Shown one piece after another: positions 1-9,382 of a stretch of 63,848 nucleotides of DNA; within the stretch, counting starts at the first letter, position 1; each line of letters opens with the position of its first letter. The stretch spans positions 1-63,848 of the forward strand of contig CALWSN010000034.1 in the NCBI GenBank assembly GCA_944384215.1, given 5' to 3'. The notes below the pieces were generated by a model, which worked only from the letters and a program-made list of their open reading frames with translations, ran no database searches and was not told the origin of the DNA. The position numbers and the translations under genes are program-made. Source of the DNA: an uncultured Clostridia bacterium. GTDB taxonomy: Bacteria; Bacillota; Clostridia; Lachnospirales; CAG-274.

Positions 1-1
1 A

Positions 2-604
2 TTCTATAAGCTTTACATATGCATATATAGATGTACTAACTATACATAATACAACTATTACAGAAAACGTCATATTAATGCATGATGATTTCTCTTCAAA
101 AACAATTAAAATATTAAATAATATACATAATGTACATATTAAAATAATATATAAATTTAATGCTATTTTTTTATTCTTAAAATAATTTATAAACTTTATT
201 AAAATATATATTAAAAATAAAATTATTTGGTCTACTATTATAATATATATACTTGTGTGTGTATTTTTTTCAAAAGTACTCTCTATATTTGTATTATAAA
301 ACTTATATAATAAAATTTCTGGCAGCGATATAATACAACTTATAAAAATTGTTGTAGAATATTTTAGTATTATACTAATATTATAATTATACATAATCAA
401 AAATATGCCTAATACATTAAAAGCCAATGTAAGAAATGGTATATTTATGAATATATAATTTAAAGTATTTAATATGTATAGTAATATAAAAGATATTATT
501 TCTATTTTTCTATTTTTAGCATTTTTATTTATAAATAAATGTATCAACTTATATATAATAATAAATTCAAAAATATTTAATATAGAATAAACTAAATTAT
601 ACAT
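2..604 (-). CDS. Partial multi-pass membrane protein, probably the N-terminal sensor region of a GHKL/AgrC-like histidine kinase (runs off window)
   Basis: Not in the ORF track. Hand translation from ATG at 604 gives 201 open codons (MYNLVYSILNIFEFIII...) with several hydrophobic segments. It starts 5 bp after the stop of a LytTR response regulator. The kinase domain is not visible. Confidence 0.65.
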   Translation of the reverse strand, partial: MYNLVYSILNIFEFIIIYKLIHLFINKNAKNRKIEIISFILLYILNTLNYIFINIPFLTLAFNVLGIFLIMYNYNISIILKYSTTIFISCIISLPEILLYKFYNTNIESTFEKNTHTSIYIIIVDQIILFLIYILIKFINYFKNKKIALNLYIILICTLCILFNILIVFEEKSSCINMTFSVIVVLCIVSTSIYAYVKLIE

Positions 605-609
605 TTATT

Positions 610-1311
610 TCAACCTTTCATATATAATTTTAAAATTTTATCTTTATTTGACCTACTAATAGGTATTCTTATGCTATCTTTTATAAATAGTTCTGTATTT
701 GTAATTTTAGTAATATATTTTTTATTTACTAAAAAAGAATTATGTGTTTGTATAAAATTAAATTTTTCTAATTCTTCATTAATATTTTTTAAATTACCAT
801 AAAACATATCTTCATCTTTTTCTGTAACTATTTTTATTTTTCTACCTATACTTTCAAAAAATAAAATACTATTTATATCTTTAAGCAATATATTATTTTT
901 TATTTTATACTTAAAATAATTACTTGTTTGCTCTACTATTTTTATAAATCTATCTAAGACATCATACAAATTTTGGTCATTTATAGGTTTTACTAAAAAA
1001 TCTATTGGTCTTGACTTAAATAAGTCTAAAGCATATTCTTTATGAGCTGATATAAATATAATATTTATATTGTTATAATTAAATTTCTCTCTTATATCTC
1101 TTGCTATATCAATCCCACTTTTTTCATCTATCTCTATGTCTAAAAATAATAAATTTATTTTTTCTAAGTTATTATAATTAAGAAAGTCTTCACTAGAATT
1201 AAATATTTTTATATCTATATCTTTACATATTCCTTGAAAATAACTTTCTATTTTATTTACTAAAAAATGACAAATTAACTCACTGTCATCACATATAGCT
1301 ATATTTAACAT
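610..1311 (-). CDS. LytTR-family DNA-binding response regulator
   Basis: Receiver motifs IAICDD, LLFLDIE, FLVKP; LytTR C-terminus (FIQTHNSFLVN, IPISR); GGAGG RBS. Confidence 0.93.
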   Translation of the reverse strand: MLNIAICDDSELICHFLVNKIESYFQGICKDIDIKIFNSSEDFLNYNNLEKINLLFLDIEIDEKSGIDIARDIREKFNYNNINIIFISAHKEYALDLFKSRPIDFLVKPINDQNLYDVLDRFIKIVEQTSNYFKYKIKNNILLKDINSILFFESIGRKIKIVTEKDEDMFYGNLKNINEELEKFNFIQTHNSFLVNKKYITKITNTELFIKDSIRIPISRSNKDKILKLYMKG

Positions 1312-1547
1312 AAATACCTCCTCATAATATTATAGATATATTATATCAAATTTATTATATTGTTACAATATTTTCATTTTAATCAAAATACACTAAATAA
1401 TAATCTTATTTTTTATTTTTTTATTATATTTATAAATATATCTACAAAATATACAAAAAAATTATATAATTTTTGTATAAAAATATATTTATCTTTTTAT
1501 ACAATTATGGTATAATTAATAATAAATAACTTTAGGAGGGATTTATT

Positions 1548-2171
1548 ATGAATAAAAAAATAATTGTAACAATTTGTAGAGAATTTTGTAGTGGTGGTAA
1601 AGAAGTTGGAACTAAACTAGCTAGTAAATTAGGGTGCGAATGTTATGATAAAAAGCTTATATCATTAGCTGCAAAAGAAAGTGGATTTACTGAAACATTA
1701 TTTGAAGATGTAGATGAAAAACCAAGTAATAGCTTTTTATACTCAATAGCTATGGGAACACCATCTACAACTGGTGTATTTTTTCAAAACAACGATTTTT
1801 TAACTAATGATAAACTTTTTGGTATACAATCAGATGTTATAAGACGTATTGCTAGTGAAAAATCTGCTGTTATTGTAGGTAGATGCTCAGATTATATACT
1901 TAGAGATGAAGAAAATTTAGTAAGAGTTTACCTTAGAGCAGATACTGACTTTAGAATTAAACGTCTTTTAGAAACAAATAAAGATGTTGACCTAAAGCAT
2001 GCAGAAAGCTTACTTCATAAAACAGACAAAAAAAGAGGCCATTATTATAGCTACTATACTGGTAGAGATTGGGACAATGTATCAAATTATGATTTAGTTA
2101 TAAATACTAGTAAATTAGGTATAGATAATACTGTAAATCTAATTTTAGACTATATAAATAATATGAAATAA
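1548..2171 (+). CDS. Cytidylate kinase-like family protein (Cytidylate_kin2)
   Basis: ITICREFCSGG, VIVGRCSDYIL, DKKRGHYYSYYTG, YDLVINTS motifs; AGGAGG RBS. Confidence 0.85.
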   Translation: MNKKIIVTICREFCSGGKEVGTKLASKLGCECYDKKLISLAAKESGFTETLFEDVDEKPSNSFLYSIAMGTPSTTGVFFQNNDFLTNDKLFGIQSDVIRRIASEKSAVIVGRCSDYILRDEENLVRVYLRADTDFRIKRLLETNKDVDLKHAESLLHKTDKKRGHYYSYYTGRDWDNVSNYDLVINTSKLGIDNTVNLILDYINNMK

Positions 2172-2209
2172 AAAACACCCTTAAGGGTGTTTTTTATTTC
2201 ATATTATTT
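2156..2209. terminator. Bidirectional terminator within a 54-bp perfect palindrome
   Basis: aaataatatgaaataaaaaacaccctt|aagggtgttttttatttcatattattt, between convergent genes. Confidence 0.9.
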
Positions 2210-3462
2210 TTAATTTTACGTCTATCATATATTCTAGATGCGAATAATTTTATAGTTGCAAATACTGGCACTGCAAATATCATACCCCATAAACCAAATA
2301 AATTACCAGCAATAGATAATGCTATAATAACAATAACAGGGCTAAGCTCTACACTTTCACCTACAACTTTAGGTTGTATAAATATTGTATCTATTTGCTG
2401 TAAAGCTAACATACCAATAGAAGCGTATAAAGCTTGCATAGGCTCACCACTTATAAGTGCAACACATATTGCTAATATAAAACCTACTAATGCACCAAAA
2501 TATGGTATTACATTAGAAAAAGCAGATATTATACCAATAATAACAGCAAATTTTAAACCGATTAACGATAATACAATGCTTATAAGTATTGCCATAATAG
2601 AAGCATCTAAAAGCATACCTCTTATATATCCAGAAAATACAGCGTGTATATCACCTAACCCATCTTTTAATCTGTTATAAAATTTTTTAGGTAAAAATAC
2701 AATACATACATTTTCTAATTTAGTTTTTATAACCTTTTTATCCTTTAAAAAATAAAAACTAACTACAATACTAATAAGAACATTAATAATACCATTACCT
2801 ACTGCCGTTGTAATTGATATAATATTATTGCCTATGTCATAGACAAATGATGTAAAAGTTTTTGTTATTTTATTTAGATGTGGAGATATATACTCTTCAA
2901 AAGTTTCATTACTAATTAACTCACCATCTATTTTATTATAAAATCTTGTTAAATCTTGTTGAAAACCATATATAGAATTTTTTATTGAATTAGTAATATT
3001 TTCTAAAAAGCTTCCAGCACCACTATTACTTATACTATTTACTAAAACAGTGCTAATAATTACTATAATTAATAGTATAACTAAGTATGTTAATATAGTT
3101 CCTTCTAGCCTGCCTTTTTCTTTAATTTTAATATTTTTATTATTTTTCTTTTTTAAATTTATATTATTTTTAATATTATTAAATTTTTCTTTTAAATATT
3201 TTTCATATATATTTTCATATTTATTTTGAAAAAAATCTACAACAGGGTCTAATAAATATGCAAAAACAAATGCTATAACAACAACTATAATAGTGGATAA
3301 AAACCAACTTATACCACTTTGTATATTGTTAATTATTGTGGATAAGTTTTTTAAAACATAGGCTAAAAAATCTATCCCATATTTTAAAGCATATATCATA
3401 ACTAATGTTATAACCACATGAAAAGATATTATTAAATATTTTTTATTCCAAGGTAATTTCAT
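2194..3462 (-). CDS. AI-2E family transporter (PerM-like permease)
   Basis: AYLLDPVVDFF, FSGYIRG, NVIPYFG, QPKVVGESVELSP, GMIFAVP motifs; hydrophobic. Confidence 0.9.
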   Translation of the reverse strand: MKLPWNKKYLIISFHVVITLVMIYALKYGIDFLAYVLKNLSTIINNIQSGISWFLSTIIVVVIAFVFAYLLDPVVDFFQNKYENIYEKYLKEKFNNIKNNINLKKKNNKNIKIKEKGRLEGTILTYLVILLIIVIISTVLVNSISNSGAGSFLENITNSIKNSIYGFQQDLTRFYNKIDGELISNETFEEYISPHLNKITKTFTSFVYDIGNNIISITTAVGNGIINVLISIVVSFYFLKDKKVIKTKLENVCIVFLPKKFYNRLKDGLGDIHAVFSGYIRGMLLDASIMAILISIVLSLIGLKFAVIIGIISAFSNVIPYFGALVGFILAICVALISGEPMQALYASIGMLALQQIDTIFIQPKVVGESVELSPVIVIIALSIAGNLFGLWGMIFAVPVFATIKLFASRIYDRRKIKNNMK

Positions 3463-3474
3463 TTATTATATCTC

Positions 3475-4920
3475 CTATTTTAGTGTTTTTAAAAGATTTA
3501 ATAAAAATTTCCAAGTTCTATCAATAGAAGATATGCTAGCTCTTTCATCTGGAGTGTGTATATCATATAAATTAGGTCCAAAAGAAATTAAATCTAAATT
3601 AGGCATTTTTTCAGAAAAAAGACCACATTCAAGACCTGCGTGTATAATTTGTATTTCAGGCTCTTTATCATACATTTCTTTATATACATTTACACATTGT
3701 TCTCTAATTAAAGATTTTTCATTATATTCCCAAGCTGGATAAGAACCTCTAAATTCTATATTACCACCTATACTATTTATATAATTTTCTACTTGTTGCA
3801 TTATAAACTCTTTTTTAGATGAAACAGCACTTCTTATAGATGAAACAATTTCTATACCACAATCATTAGTTTTAACTACACCTAAATTTATAGAGCTTTC
3901 TACAAGACCTTCTATATCTGTGCTCATAGTTTGAACACCGTTAGGTAATATCATTAAACTTGTAATTATTTTATTAAAATCTTCTTTTGTAAAACATTTT
4001 TCTTGATTATCAATCTTTTCTAATTTTAATAATAAATTAGGGTCTGTATTTTTATATTCACTTTTAAAAATATTTTCTATATTTTTTATTTTTTCTTGTA
4101 ATAAGCTTAATTTACTATCATCAATAGAAATAATTGCTTCGGCTTCTCTAGGTATAGCATTATCTTTAGCTCCACCTTCTATTTTATTTAAAGAAAAATC
4201 TATATCTTTATATAGTATATTTAACATTCTTGCTAAAAGCTTGTTAGAGTTAGCTCTGCCTTTGTTAACATCTATACCAGAATGCCCTCCCATTAAACCA
4301 TATACACCAACGCAATAAGAAGACTTATTATTTTTTTCAAAACTTACGGGTATTTCAATATCACATTTAACACCACCAGCACAACCAACAGTAAATATAC
4401 CTTCTTCATCAGAATCTATATTTAAAAATATACTAGCTTTTAAATCACTAACATCTAGTGCTGTTACACCCTCCATACCAGATTCTTCACAAGCTGTAAA
4501 TATAGCTTCTATTGGTGGGTGTGGTATATTGTTTGAGTCTAATAAAGCTAACGCCATAGCAACAGCTATACCATTATCAGAACCTAAAGTAGTTCTATCT
4601 GCTTTTATAAGGTCTCCATCATATATTAGTTTAATAGGGTCTTTTAAAAAATCGTGCTCTACATCTTTATTTTTTTCACATACCATATCTGTATGCCCTT
4701 GTATAGCAACAATTTTACTATTTTCATACCCTACTGTACCTTGTTTTTTTATAATAACATTATAAGTATCATCTACTCTAACTTCTAAATTTCTTTCTTT
4801 AGCAAAATCTACTAAATATTCACTAATAGCTTTTTCGTGAAAGCTAGGTCTAGGTATTTTGCTTATTTCTTCAAAGAAATGAAAAACTTTAGCACTTTCT
4901 AAATTAGATATTTGAGTCAT
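3475..4920 (-). CDS. pepD: Aminoacyl-histidine dipeptidase (M20C)
   Basis: QGHTDMVCEK, TLGSDNGI, EESGM, GGHSG, IHAGLECG, IHTPDE motifs. Confidence 0.93.
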   Translation of the reverse strand: MTQISNLESAKVFHFFEEISKIPRPSFHEKAISEYLVDFAKERNLEVRVDDTYNVIIKKQGTVGYENSKIVAIQGHTDMVCEKNKDVEHDFLKDPIKLIYDGDLIKADRTTLGSDNGIAVAMALALLDSNNIPHPPIEAIFTACEESGMEGVTALDVSDLKASIFLNIDSDEEGIFTVGCAGGVKCDIEIPVSFEKNNKSSYCVGVYGLMGGHSGIDVNKGRANSNKLLARMLNILYKDIDFSLNKIEGGAKDNAIPREAEAIISIDDSKLSLLQEKIKNIENIFKSEYKNTDPNLLLKLEKIDNQEKCFTKEDFNKIITSLMILPNGVQTMSTDIEGLVESSINLGVVKTNDCGIEIVSSIRSAVSSKKEFIMQQVENYINSIGGNIEFRGSYPAWEYNEKSLIREQCVNVYKEMYDKEPEIQIIHAGLECGLFSEKMPNLDLISFGPNLYDIHTPDERASISSIDRTWKFLLNLLKTLK

Positions 4921-4940
4921 AATTATACCTCCATTATATA

Positions 4941-6299
4941 TTAATTTTTAAAACTATGAATAGGTGCAGGTATTCTTCCTCCACGTTTAATAAAATCAGA
5001 ACAATTAGCCTTGTTTACTGGCATTATTGGTGCTTGTCCTAAAAGTCCACCAAAAGACACCATTTCTCCAACACTTTTGCCTATAACAGGTATTATTCTA
5101 ACAGCAGTTGTCTTATTATTTACCATACCAATAGCCATTTCATCTGCTATTATGGCAGATATAGTATGTTCATCAGTATCACCTGGTATAGCAACCATAT
5201 CTAAACCAACAGAGCATACACAAGTCATAGCTTCTAGTTTATCTAATGTTAAAAACCCTTTTTGTGCTGCCTCTATCATTGCGTGGTCTTCACTAACTGG
5301 TATAAATGCACCACTAAGCCCACCAACATAAGATGACGCCATAACACCACCCTTTTTAACATTATCATTTAATATAGCAAGAGCTGCTGTTGTACCGTGA
5401 GCACCGGCATATTCTAAGCCCATTTCATTAAATATTTCTGCTATACTATCACCAACGGCTGGTGTTGGTGCAAGAGATAAATCTATTATACCAAAAGGTA
5501 CATTAAGCCTTTTAGATGCTTCTGATGCAACTAATTGACCTGCTCTTGTTATTTTAAAAGCAGTTTTTTTAACAGTTTCACAAAGTATTTCAAAATCTTT
5601 GCCTTTTACCTCTTCTAAAGCTTTTTTTACTACTCCAGGTCCACTAACACCTACATTTATAACTACATCTCTTTCAGAAACACCGTGAAAAGCACCTGCC
5701 ATAAAAGGATTATCTCCAACAGCATTACAAAACACGACAAATTTAGCACAAGCCATAGAGCTATTATCTTTAGTAAGATAAGCCATTTCTTTAATTATCT
5801 CACCCATTTTTTTAACGGCATTCATATTTATACCATATCTAGATGAACCAACACAAACAGATGAACATACTCTTTCTGTACTTGCTAAAGCCTCTGGTAT
5901 GCTTCTAACAAGATGTATATCAGCATTAGTGCTGCCTTTTTCTATAAGTGCTGAATAACCACCTATAAAATTTACCCCTACTTCTTTAGCAGCTTTATCT
6001 AATGTTTTTGCTATTTCTACAAAATCTTTTTGTTTGTGGTCTGCACCTATAAGGCCTATTGGTGTAACAGATATTCTCTTATTTACAATAGGTATACCAT
6101 ATTCTTTAGATATATCATCACCAACTGATACTAAATTTTTTGCATTTTTTGTTATTTTATCATAAACTTTATCTTTTAATTTATTTATATCAGAATCTAT
6201 ACAATCTAAAAGACTAATACCCATAGTTATAGTTCTAACATCTAGGTTAGACTCTTCTATCATTTTATTGGTTTCTTGTATCTCATAATTTGTTAACAT
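4941..6299 (-). CDS. DUF711/UPF0210 PFL-like family protein
   Basis: [33 protein letters not shown]-terminal [11 protein letters not shown]; paired with an ACT protein. Confidence 0.92.
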   Translation of the reverse strand: MLTNYEIQETNKMIEESNLDVRTITMGISLLDCIDSDINKLKDKVYDKITKNAKNLVSVGDDISKEYGIPIVNKRISVTPIGLIGADHKQKDFVEIAKTLDKAAKEVGVNFIGGYSALIEKGSTNADIHLVRSIPEALASTERVCSSVCVGSSRYGINMNAVKKMGEIIKEMAYLTKDNSSMACAKFVVFCNAVGDNPFMAGAFHGVSERDVVINVGVSGPGVVKKALEEVKGKDFEILCETVKKTAFKITRAGQLVASEASKRLNVPFGIIDLSLAPTPAVGDSIAEIFNEMGLEYAGAHGTTAALAILNDNVKKGGVMASSYVGGLSGAFIPVSEDHAMIEAAQKGFLTLDKLEAMTCVCSVGLDMVAIPGDTDEHTISAIIADEMAIGMVNNKTTAVRIIPVIGKSVGEMVSFGGLLGQAPIMPVNKANCSDFIKRGGRIPAPIHSFKN

Positions 6300-6317
6300 T
6301 AGTTTTCCTCCAAATTA

Positions 6318-6587
6318 TTAAATTCTATGCATACTATCAAATATATCTGCTCTTTGTAATTTTATTTCTACACCAATATTTTTACCTACTTTTTCTATGC
6401 CTTCTATAACTTGGCTAAATTTATCATCTACATTAGATATATCTACAATCATTGTCATATTAAAATATCCTCCTACAATATGTTGAGATATTTCTAAAAT
6501 ATTAATTTCATTCTTAGCTAAAAACCCACATACTTCTGCTATAATACCTATATTATCTTTGCCTATAACACTAATTATACCTTTCAT
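6318..6587 (-). CDS. ACT domain protein (UPF0237)
   Basis: VIGKDNIGIIA...IFDSMHRI; usual partner upstream of DUF711. Confidence 0.9.
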   Translation of the reverse strand: MKGIISVIGKDNIGIIAEVCGFLAKNEINILEISQHIVGGYFNMTMIVDISNVDDKFSQVIEGIEKVGKNIGVEIKLQRADIFDSMHRI

Positions 6588-6678
6588 ATTTTTACCTCCA
6601 AAATAACAAATACTTGATAAAATTAATTATTCATTTTATCACAAATTAACAATGTTTTCAATATTGTTAATTATGTGC

Positions 6679-7311
6679 TTAATCGTTAGATTTTATAATT
6701 AATAAATATCCATTTTTTATAGAAACACTAGCCTTACTATTTTTCATTACATTGCTAACACCTAAAGATTTACCTATATACATAGTAGCATTTTTTAAAG
6801 CATAATCTAACCCTGTTGTGTTTATACCTTCAACAGATGTTGTAATAGGAATTAATGATACTAAGTCTCCTTTTTCTCCTTCTATATCTATATGATTAGA
6901 TGTTATATTTATTTCATTATTATTATCTACAATAGTCGCTTTAACATTAGCATCTTCTGCCTTTATTAAAAGGTTAATATTAGTAAGTGTATGGTCAAGC
7001 CTTGTACCAGTAGCCCCTAAAATTATTATTTCAGTAACTCCTAAAGATATAGCAAAATCTATACAAAGCTCCATATCTGTTTCATCTTTTTTAGTTTGAA
7101 ATTTTTTAAAAACTACGTTTTTAGTTTCAAAAAATTGTATTATTTGTGGTATAGAAGAATCTAAATCTCCTATTATATAATGTGGTATAATTCCTTCTTC
7201 AAATAAATATTTGCTGCCACCATCACAACATATAATAATATCGTTTGGTTTTAAATTTTTTTGTATTATATCATTAGAAATACTACCACTTGCTACAATC
7301 AAAGCTCTCAT
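6679..7311 (-). CDS. thiN: Thiamine diphosphokinase
   Basis: CDGG, GDLDS, KDETDMELC, GTRLDH, GVSN; rsgA-rpe-thiN synteny. Confidence 0.93.
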   Translation of the reverse strand: MRALIVASGSISNDIIQKNLKPNDIIICCDGGSKYLFEEGIIPHYIIGDLDSSIPQIIQFFETKNVVFKKFQTKKDETDMELCIDFAISLGVTEIIILGATGTRLDHTLTNINLLIKAEDANVKATIVDNNNEINITSNHIDIEGEKGDLVSLIPITTSVEGINTTGLDYALKNATMYIGKSLGVSNVMKNSKASVSIKNGYLLIIKSND

Positions 7312-7319
7312 AATATCAC

Positions 7320-7979
7320 CTAAAATTTTTCAAATAATTCATTATATTGTTTAATAATGCTAGCCTTGTCCTCTTTTTCAAATATATCAGAACCAACAAC
7401 TATAACATTAGCCCCAGCCTGTAAAACTTTGTCTACATTGTCTATTTTTATGCCACCATCTACCTCTAGCTCACAGTTTAAGTTATTTTCATCTATATAT
7501 TTTCTTAAAGCAGATATTTTATCAAGGCTATTTTCCATAAATTTTTGTCCGCCAAAGCCAGGCTCAACACTCATAACAAGCACTAAATCTAGATACTTAA
7601 TATAAGGTAATATTTTTTCATAGCTTGTATTTGGCTTTATTGTCATACCAACCTTTTTATTTGCCTCTTTTATCTTTTTTATTATTTCCATATGTTTGTC
7701 AGTAGCTTCAAAATGAAAATTTATAATATCACATCCTAAAGCTATAAACTCGTCTATATATCTTTCTGGCTTTTCAATCATAAAATGAGAATCTAATACC
7801 ATATTGGTAGTTTTTCTTATGCTTTTTATAACGGGCATACCAATAGATATATTAGGTACAAACATACCATCCATAACATCTATATGCACATATTGTATAC
7901 CTTCATTTTCTAATATTTTTAGCTCTTCTTCTAATCTTACAAAATTTGCCGATAATATTGATGGTGATAATTTAATCAT
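7320..7979 (-). CDS. rpe: Ribulose-phosphate 3-epimerase
   Basis: SPSILSA, HIDVMDG, MSVEPGFGGQ, EVDGG; start moved to ATG 7979 (MIKLSP) behind GGAG. Confidence 0.96.
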   Translation of the reverse strand: MIKLSPSILSANFVRLEEELKILENEGIQYVHIDVMDGMFVPNISIGMPVIKSIRKTTNMVLDSHFMIEKPERYIDEFIALGCDIINFHFEATDKHMEIIKKIKEANKKVGMTIKPNTSYEKILPYIKYLDLVLVMSVEPGFGGQKFMENSLDKISALRKYIDENNLNCELEVDGGIKIDNVDKVLQAGANVIVVGSDIFEKEDKASIIKQYNELFEKF

Positions 7980-7983
7980 ATTT

Positions 7984-8844
7984 TTAGCTCCTTTCTGATA
8001 CTTCATTTAATAATTTTATATATCTATCATATCTTTCTTCAGATATATTTTTACCAATTTGTTCTTTTATAGCACAGCTAGGCTCGTGTATATGTTTACA
8101 GTCATAAAATTTGCAGTTGCCCAAAAACTCTTTAAAATCTCTAAAATATTTATCTAAATTATCTTCTAAAAAATCTATACTTAAAGATGTAAAACCTGGA
8201 GAATCTACAATATATGTATGCTCCCAAGCTTCTAATAGCTCTACCTGCCTTGTTGTATGTTTACCTCGTTCTATTTTTTTGCTTATATCACCTGTTTTTA
8301 GACTTGCATTTGGTAATATAGCATTTATTAAGCTAGATTTACCTACACCAGATGGACCTGCAAAAACAGTTACTTTTTTATCCATAATATTTTTTAAATC
8401 TTCAATACCCACATTTTTAAACGTACTTGTAAAAATTATAGGATATATATTTTTATATAATGATTTTATACTTTCAATGTCTTCTTCGCTAGCTAAATCA
8501 CATTTATTAATACATATTATTATATTTTCAATATTTTGACTTTCTGCCAATATTAAAAACCTATCTAATAAATCTATATTTATATTAGGACTAATTATAG
8601 AAAATGTAATAATAGCACAATCTATATTAGATACTCTCGGTCTAATAAGTATATTTTTTCTTTCTAATATTTCTTCTATAATACCTTTTGTATCTTCTAA
8701 TAATGATATTTTTACATAATCACCAACAGTTGGTGTTATTTTATTTTTTCTAAATATACCCCTAATAGAACATTCTATTATACCATTATCTGTATCAACA
8801 AAATATAACCCACCAACACCTTTTATTATTCTTCCTTTTATCAT
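7984..8844 (-). CDS. rsgA: Ribosome small subunit-dependent GTPase A
   Basis: NKCD, GPSGVGKSS, GKHTTR, DSPGF, C-terminal C-x4-C-x-H-x5-C zinc site. Confidence 0.96.
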   Translation of the reverse strand: MIKGRIIKGVGGLYFVDTDNGIIECSIRGIFRKNKITPTVGDYVKISLLEDTKGIIEEILERKNILIRPRVSNIDCAIITFSIISPNINIDLLDRFLILAESQNIENIIICINKCDLASEEDIESIKSLYKNIYPIIFTSTFKNVGIEDLKNIMDKKVTVFAGPSGVGKSSLINAILPNASLKTGDISKKIERGKHTTRQVELLEAWEHTYIVDSPGFTSLSIDFLEDNLDKYFRDFKEFLGNCKFYDCKHIHEPSCAIKEQIGKNISEERYDRYIKLLNEVSERS

Positions 8845-8930
8845 ATAAACCTCTCAAAAATTTCTTATGTTAATTATTATATAATAATATTATATAATAT
8901 ACAATATTTAACAATATAAAATTTTTAATA

Positions 8931-8986
8931 TTGACAAAAAAAATAGAATATAATATAATTAATATATGAACAATTATTCATATATT
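8931..8986 (+). promoter_or_regulatory. Sigma-A promoter plus ArsR/SmtB-type operator
   Basis: TTGACA (8931) -17- TATAAT (8954); inverted repeat AATATATGAA-caatta-TTCATATATT (8961-8986) just upstream of the ArsR gene. Confidence 0.85.
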
Positions 8987-8999
8987 GGAGGTGTTTTTA

Positions 9000-9377
9000 T
9001 TGAGTAATATTAATAATAGCATAGATATTTGTGAATGTTTTAATGAAGAAACTGTGTCATTAATAAAAAATAACTCTTTATCTGATGAAATAATATATGA
9101 TATGGCAGATTTTTTTAAAGTATTTTCAGATTCTACAAGAGTTAAAATTTTATATGCTCTTCTAAAAAGTGAAATGTGTGTTGGTGATTTAGTTCAATCA
9201 CTAGATATGAACCAATCTGCAGTATCTCATCAGCTTAGAATATTAAGACAAAATAATATAGTTAAATTTAGAAAAGAAGGTAAAGCGGTTATATACTCTT
9301 TAGATGATTCTCACGTTTTTGAAATATTAAGTCAAGGTTTATCTCATTTACTACATAAAAATAGTTATAAGGAGTGA
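9000..9377 (+). CDS. ArsR/SmtB (CadC/ZiaR-like) metal-sensing repressor
   Basis: FFKVFSDSTRVKIL, MCV, QSAVSHQLRILR, YSLDDSHV; TTG start at 9000 behind GGAGGTG. Confidence 0.92.
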   Translation: MSNINNSIDICECFNEETVSLIKNNSLSDEIIYDMADFFKVFSDSTRVKILYALLKSEMCVGDLVQSLDMNQSAVSHQLRILRQNNIVKFRKEGKAVIYSLDDSHVFEILSQGLSHLLHKNSYKE

Positions 9378-9382
9378 TATTT

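Noticed and set aside
6644-6672. 10-bp inverted repeat over the ACT/DUF711 promoter
   Set aside because: Short and AT-rich; cannot distinguish operator, weak terminator or chance
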